This document shows, piece by piece, positions 30,969 to 34,534 of a stretch of 34,534 nt of DNA. The stretch lies in assembly GCA_964426285.1 (NCBI GenBank), contig CAYRQA010000003.1, positions 1 through 34,534 on the forward strand, given 5' to 3'. A program made the position numbers and the translations under genes. Origin of the DNA: an uncultured Lachnospiraceae bacterium (GTDB lineage Bacteria; Bacillota; Clostridia; Oscillospirales; CAG-272). The notes under the pieces were generated by a model. It searched no databases. It had not been told where the DNA came from and saw nothing but the letters and a program-made list of their open reading frames with translations. Within the stretch, counting starts at the first letter, position 1. Each line of letters begins with the position of its first letter.

Positions 30969-30980
30969 GCGAGGTATCAC

Positions 30981-32435
30981 ATGGAAAAAGCAATGATCAA
31001 TCAAACCAGAGCCCCGATCTACGAGGCACTGCAAAAATTCCGTCAGATGCGGGTCGTGCCCTTCGACGTGCCCGGACACAAGCACGGGCGGGGCAATCCC
31101 GAGCTTGCCGCCTTTCTCGGAGAAAAGTGCGTGGGCATCGACGTCAACAGCATGAAACCGCTCGACAACCTGTGCCACCCGATCTCGGTCATTCACGAAG
31201 CCGAGATGCTTGCCGCAGACGCCTTCGGTGCGGCGCACGCCTTTCTGATGGTAGGCGGCACGACCTCCTCGGTGCAGAGCATGGTGCTCTCGACCTGCAA
31301 GCGCGGCGACAAGATCATCCTCCCCCGCAACGTCCACCGAAGCGTGATCAACGCACTCGTGCTCTGCGGTGCGATCCCCGTTTACGTCAATCCCGAGGTC
31401 GACCGCAGGCTTGGCATCTCGCTCGGTATGGAACGGGAGCAGGTCGCAAAGGCGATCGCCGAAAATCCCGATGCGGTCGCGGTATTGGTCAACAACCCCA
31501 CCTATTACGGCATTTGCAGTGACCTGAAGGCGATCGTCAAAATGGCACACGACGCAGGTATGTACTGTCTTGCCGACGAAGCACACGGCACACACTTCTA
31601 TTTCGGCAAAGGAATGCCGATCTCAGCCATGGCGGCAGGCGCAGACATGGCGGCAGTATCGATGCACAAGGGCGGCGGCTCTCTGACGCAGTCGAGCCTG
31701 CTGCTCATCGGTCCGAACATGAACGAAGGACATGTCAGACAGATCATCAACCTGACGCAGACCACCTCGGGCAGCTATCTGCTCATGTCCAGCCTTGACA
31801 TCAGCCGCCGCAACCTTGCTCTGCGCGGCAAGGAAGTCTTCACAAAAGTCGTCGAGATGGCGGAATATGCCCGCGAGGAGATCAACGCCATCGGCGGCTA
31901 CTATGCCTTCGGCGAGGAGCTCGTCAACGGGAATTCGATCTATGACTTCGACCCCACCAAGCTGAGCGTTCATACCCGTGACATCGGACTGGCGGGCATC
32001 GAGGTCTACGACATCCTGCGCGACGAGTACGATATCCAGATCGAATTCGGTGACATCGGCAATATCCTCGCCTACCTCTCGATCGGCGACCGTCCGCAGG
32101 AGCTCGAACGGCTGGTCAGCGCCCTTGCAGAGATCAGACGCAGATATCAGCGCGACAGTAGCGGTCTGCTCAGTCAGGAATACATCGACCCCGAGGTCGT
32201 GCTCAGTCCGCAGGAAGCCTTTTATTCGTCGAAGGAGAGCCTGCCCCTCCGCGAGAGCGTCGGCAGAGTGTGCTCCGAGTTCGTCATGTGCTACCCTCCG
32301 GGCATCCCGATCCTCGCCCCCGGCGAGCGCATCACCGCCGATATCCTCGACTACATCGAATACGCCAAGCTCAAGGGCTGTTCGATGACAGGTCCCGAAG
32401 ACCCCGATATTCTGAATATCAACGTCCTGAGATAG
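30981..32435 (+). CDS. speA: PLP-dependent Orn/Lys/Arg decarboxylase, probably arginine decarboxylase
   Basis: FDVPGHK, LPRNVHRS, PTYYG, DEAHG, SMHKGGGSLTQ (PLP lysine), YPPGIP; GAGGT SD before ATG 30981. Substrate inferred from linkage to agmatinase. Confidence 0.88.
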   Translation: MEKAMINQTRAPIYEALQKFRQMRVVPFDVPGHKHGRGNPELAAFLGEKCVGIDVNSMKPLDNLCHPISVIHEAEMLAADAFGAAHAFLMVGGTTSSVQSMVLSTCKRGDKIILPRNVHRSVINALVLCGAIPVYVNPEVDRRLGISLGMEREQVAKAIAENPDAVAVLVNNPTYYGICSDLKAIVKMAHDAGMYCLADEAHGTHFYFGKGMPISAMAAGADMAAVSMHKGGGSLTQSSLLLIGPNMNEGHVRQIINLTQTTSGSYLLMSSLDISRRNLALRGKEVFTKVVEMAEYAREEINAIGGYYAFGEELVNGNSIYDFDPTKLSVHTRDIGLAGIEVYDILRDEYDIQIEFGDIGNILAYLSIGDRPQELERLVSALAEIRRRYQRDSSGLLSQEYIDPEVVLSPQEAFYSSKESLPLRESVGRVCSEFVMCYPPGIPILAPGERITADILDYIEYAKLKGCSMTGPEDPDILNINVLR

Positions 32436-32447
32436 GAGTTACGACCA

Positions 32448-33299
32448 ATGGAATTATGGTTCAGTGAATTTCATGCACCCGATGTCAAACACAGCCTTCG
32501 GGTCAATAGACATCTCTATTCGGCAAAGAGCGAATTTCAACAGATCGATATTCTCGACACCCCAGAGTTCGGCAAAGTGCTGGCGCTTGACGGCAACGTC
32601 ATGCTGACCGAGCGTGACGAATTCATCTACGACGAGATGATCACCCACGTTCCCATGTCGGTTCACCCCCATGTCAGGGATATATTGGTGATCGGTGCGG
32701 GCGACGGCGGCGTGGTAAAGGAACTGACGAGATACGAGAGTGTGGAGCGCATCGACCTTGTCGAGATGGACCCGCAGGTCATCGAGGCTTGCCGCACCTA
32801 TCTGCCCGAAAACGCCTGCCGTCTCGACGACAGCCGTGTGCACATCTATTATGACAACGCCCTTCGTTATATCAGACGGTGCACAGATGAGTACGATCTG
32901 ATCATCGTCGATTCCAACGATCCCTTCGGACCGTCGGAAGGATACTTCACCCGTGAATTCTACGGCATTTGCTACAACGCACTGCGGGAGGATGGGATTA
33001 TGGTCAATCAGCAGGGCAGTCCCTTTTACAAGCACGATGCCGAGGAGATGCAGCGAAGCCACAAGCGCATCGTCAATACCTTCCCCATCAGCCGCGTTTA
33101 TCAGGCGCACATTCCGACCTACGCCGCAGGCTACTGGCTCTTCGGCTTCGCGAGCAAAAAGTACCACCCCATCGACCATTTTGATGCCGCCAAGTGGAAG
33201 GCACTTCATCTGAACACCAAATATTACACCACCAAACTGCACATCGGGGCATTTTATCTGCCTGCCTATCTTGAAAAAAAGTTGGAGGAGGTCGAGTAG
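32448..33299 (+). CDS. speE: polyamine aminopropyltransferase (spermidine synthase family)
   Basis: LWFSE, LDG..MLTERDEFIY.EM, VIGAGDGG, VEMD, IIVDSNDPFGP, IPTY..G.W. Confidence 0.93.
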   Translation: MELWFSEFHAPDVKHSLRVNRHLYSAKSEFQQIDILDTPEFGKVLALDGNVMLTERDEFIYDEMITHVPMSVHPHVRDILVIGAGDGGVVKELTRYESVERIDLVEMDPQVIEACRTYLPENACRLDDSRVHIYYDNALRYIRRCTDEYDLIIVDSNDPFGPSEGYFTREFYGICYNALREDGIMVNQQGSPFYKHDAEEMQRSHKRIVNTFPISRVYQAHIPTYAAGYWLFGFASKKYHPIDHFDAAKWKALHLNTKYYTTKLHIGAFYLPAYLEKKLEEVE

Positions 33300-33300
33300 A

Positions 33301-34155
33301 ATGGAGCGAAATGCAGAAACATTTATCGGCTGCGACGCTGACTACGAGGATGCGAAAATCGTCCTCTTCGGCGCACCCTTTGATTCGACCACCAGCTTTC
33401 GCCCCGGCGCACGCTTCGGCTCGTCGGCAATTCGGCACGAGAGCTTCGGGCTCGAGACCTACAGCCCCTATCAGCACATGGATCTGACCGACTATGCCAC
33501 CTTCGACAGCGGCGATCTCGAACTCTGCTTCGGCTCTGCCGAACGTGCGCTGAGCGATATTGAACAGCGGACAGCCGAGATCCTCGGCGACGGCAAATTC
33601 CCCCTCCTCGTCGGCGGCGAGCACCTCGTCACGCTCGGCGCTGTGCGTGCGGTCGCAAAACGCTATCCCGATCTGCACATCGTTCACTTCGATGCCCATG
33701 CCGACCTGCGCGACGATTACCTCGGTGCGACGCTCAGCCATGCCTGCGTGATGCGGCGCTGTCATGAGCTGGTCGGCAACGGGCACATCCACCAGTTCTG
33801 CATCCGAAGCGGCGAGCGTGATGAATTTGCCTTCGCGGGGGCGCATACCGATCTGCATCCCTTCGATTTCAGCGGACTGGATGCACTCGTGCAAAGGCTA
33901 CAGGACGCAGGCACACCCGTTTATTTCACGGTCGACCTCGACTGCCTCGATCCCTCTGCCTTCCCCGGCACGGGCACGCCTGAAGCGGGCGGTGTGCGCT
34001 TCACCGAACTGCTGGATGCCGTCATCCGTCTCTGCGCCTGCAATATCGTCGGCGCGGATATAAACGAGCTCGCCCCCATGCTCGACCCGAGCGGCGTTTC
34101 AACGGCGACCGCCTGCAAGGTCCTGCGCGAGCTGATATTGGCGTTGAATAAATAA
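33301..34155 (+). CDS. speB: agmatinase (ureohydrolase)
   Basis: GAPFDSTTSFRPGARFG, GGEH, DAHAD, DLDCLDP..FPGTGTP, ELAP; GGAGG SD before ATG 33301. Confidence 0.95.
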   Translation: MERNAETFIGCDADYEDAKIVLFGAPFDSTTSFRPGARFGSSAIRHESFGLETYSPYQHMDLTDYATFDSGDLELCFGSAERALSDIEQRTAEILGDGKFPLLVGGEHLVTLGAVRAVAKRYPDLHIVHFDAHADLRDDYLGATLSHACVMRRCHELVGNGHIHQFCIRSGERDEFAFAGAHTDLHPFDFSGLDALVQRLQDAGTPVYFTVDLDCLDPSAFPGTGTPEAGGVRFTELLDAVIRLCACNIVGADINELAPMLDPSGVSTATACKVLRELILALNK

Positions 34156-34179
34156 GTTTACTGCAAAGGAGTTACAAGT

Positions 34180-34534
34180 ATGAGCAAAGTATTAGTCATC
34201 GGATGCGGCGGCGTTGCTTCGGTCGCCATCCGCAAATGCTGTCAGGTAAGCGAGGTCTTCTCCGAGCTCTGCATCGCCAGCCGCACCAAATCAAAGTGCG
34301 ACGCCCTCTCCGCTTCGCTCGCGGGCAAGACTGCCACTAAAATCACCACCGCCGAGGTCGATGCCGACGACGTCGAACGGGTCATCGCGCTCATCAAGGC
34401 ATACAAGCCCGATCTCGTGATGAATATCGCCCTTCCCTATCAGGACCTCACCATCATGGATGCCTGCCTTGCCTGCGGCGTCAACTACATGGACACCGCC
34501 AACTACGAGCCCGAGGACACCGACGATCCCGAGT
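34180..34534 (+). CDS. saccharopine dehydrogenase-family protein, probably carboxyspermidine dehydrogenase (partial; runs off the right edge)
   Basis: Manual translation MSKVLVIGCGGVASVAIRKCCQ...IASRTKSKCD...NIALPYQDLTIMDACL..GVNYMDTANYEP; AAGGAG SD; absent from the ORF track. Confidence 0.9.
   Translation, partial: MSKVLVIGCGGVASVAIRKCCQVSEVFSELCIASRTKSKCDALSASLAGKTATKITTAEVDADDVERVIALIKAYKPDLVMNIALPYQDLTIMDACLACGVNYMDTANYEPEDTDDPE

Overview
A housekeeping region from a moderately GC-rich Firmicutes chromosome; gene order and protein style suggest Clostridia (inference). From left to right: rpoB (minus strand, runs off the left edge and is absent from the ORF track) diverges from rpsT. A long minus-strand block follows, in transcription order miaA, HlyD-like protein, yggS, sepF, yggT, ylmH, divIVA, ileS, lspA, rluD-like, tatD and a radical SAM protein. 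Next come an RlmA-like methyltransferase and an orphan solute-binding lipoprotein. The his operon (TrpR-like yerC/HisR, hisZGDCBH, hisAF, hisIE) is followed directly by a GH2 beta-galactosidase. The window ends with an iron-containing alcohol dehydrogenase and the start of a polyamine operon (arginine decarboxylase, speE, speB, carboxyspermidine dehydrogenase). No prophage, CRISPR array, tRNA, rRNA or transposase was seen. The best candidate for something new is the ~400-nt structured leader of the polyamine operon. It has a perfect sigma-A promoter, a multibranched RNA, an intrinsic terminator just before the RBS, and a hidden reading frame ending Gln-Pro-Pro-Tyr-stop inside the main stem. 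Also notable are a palindromic operator over the his promoter, GTAG-type REP/REPIN clusters, and an internal promoter that splits the his operon. All RNA structures were paired by eye and no searches were run.
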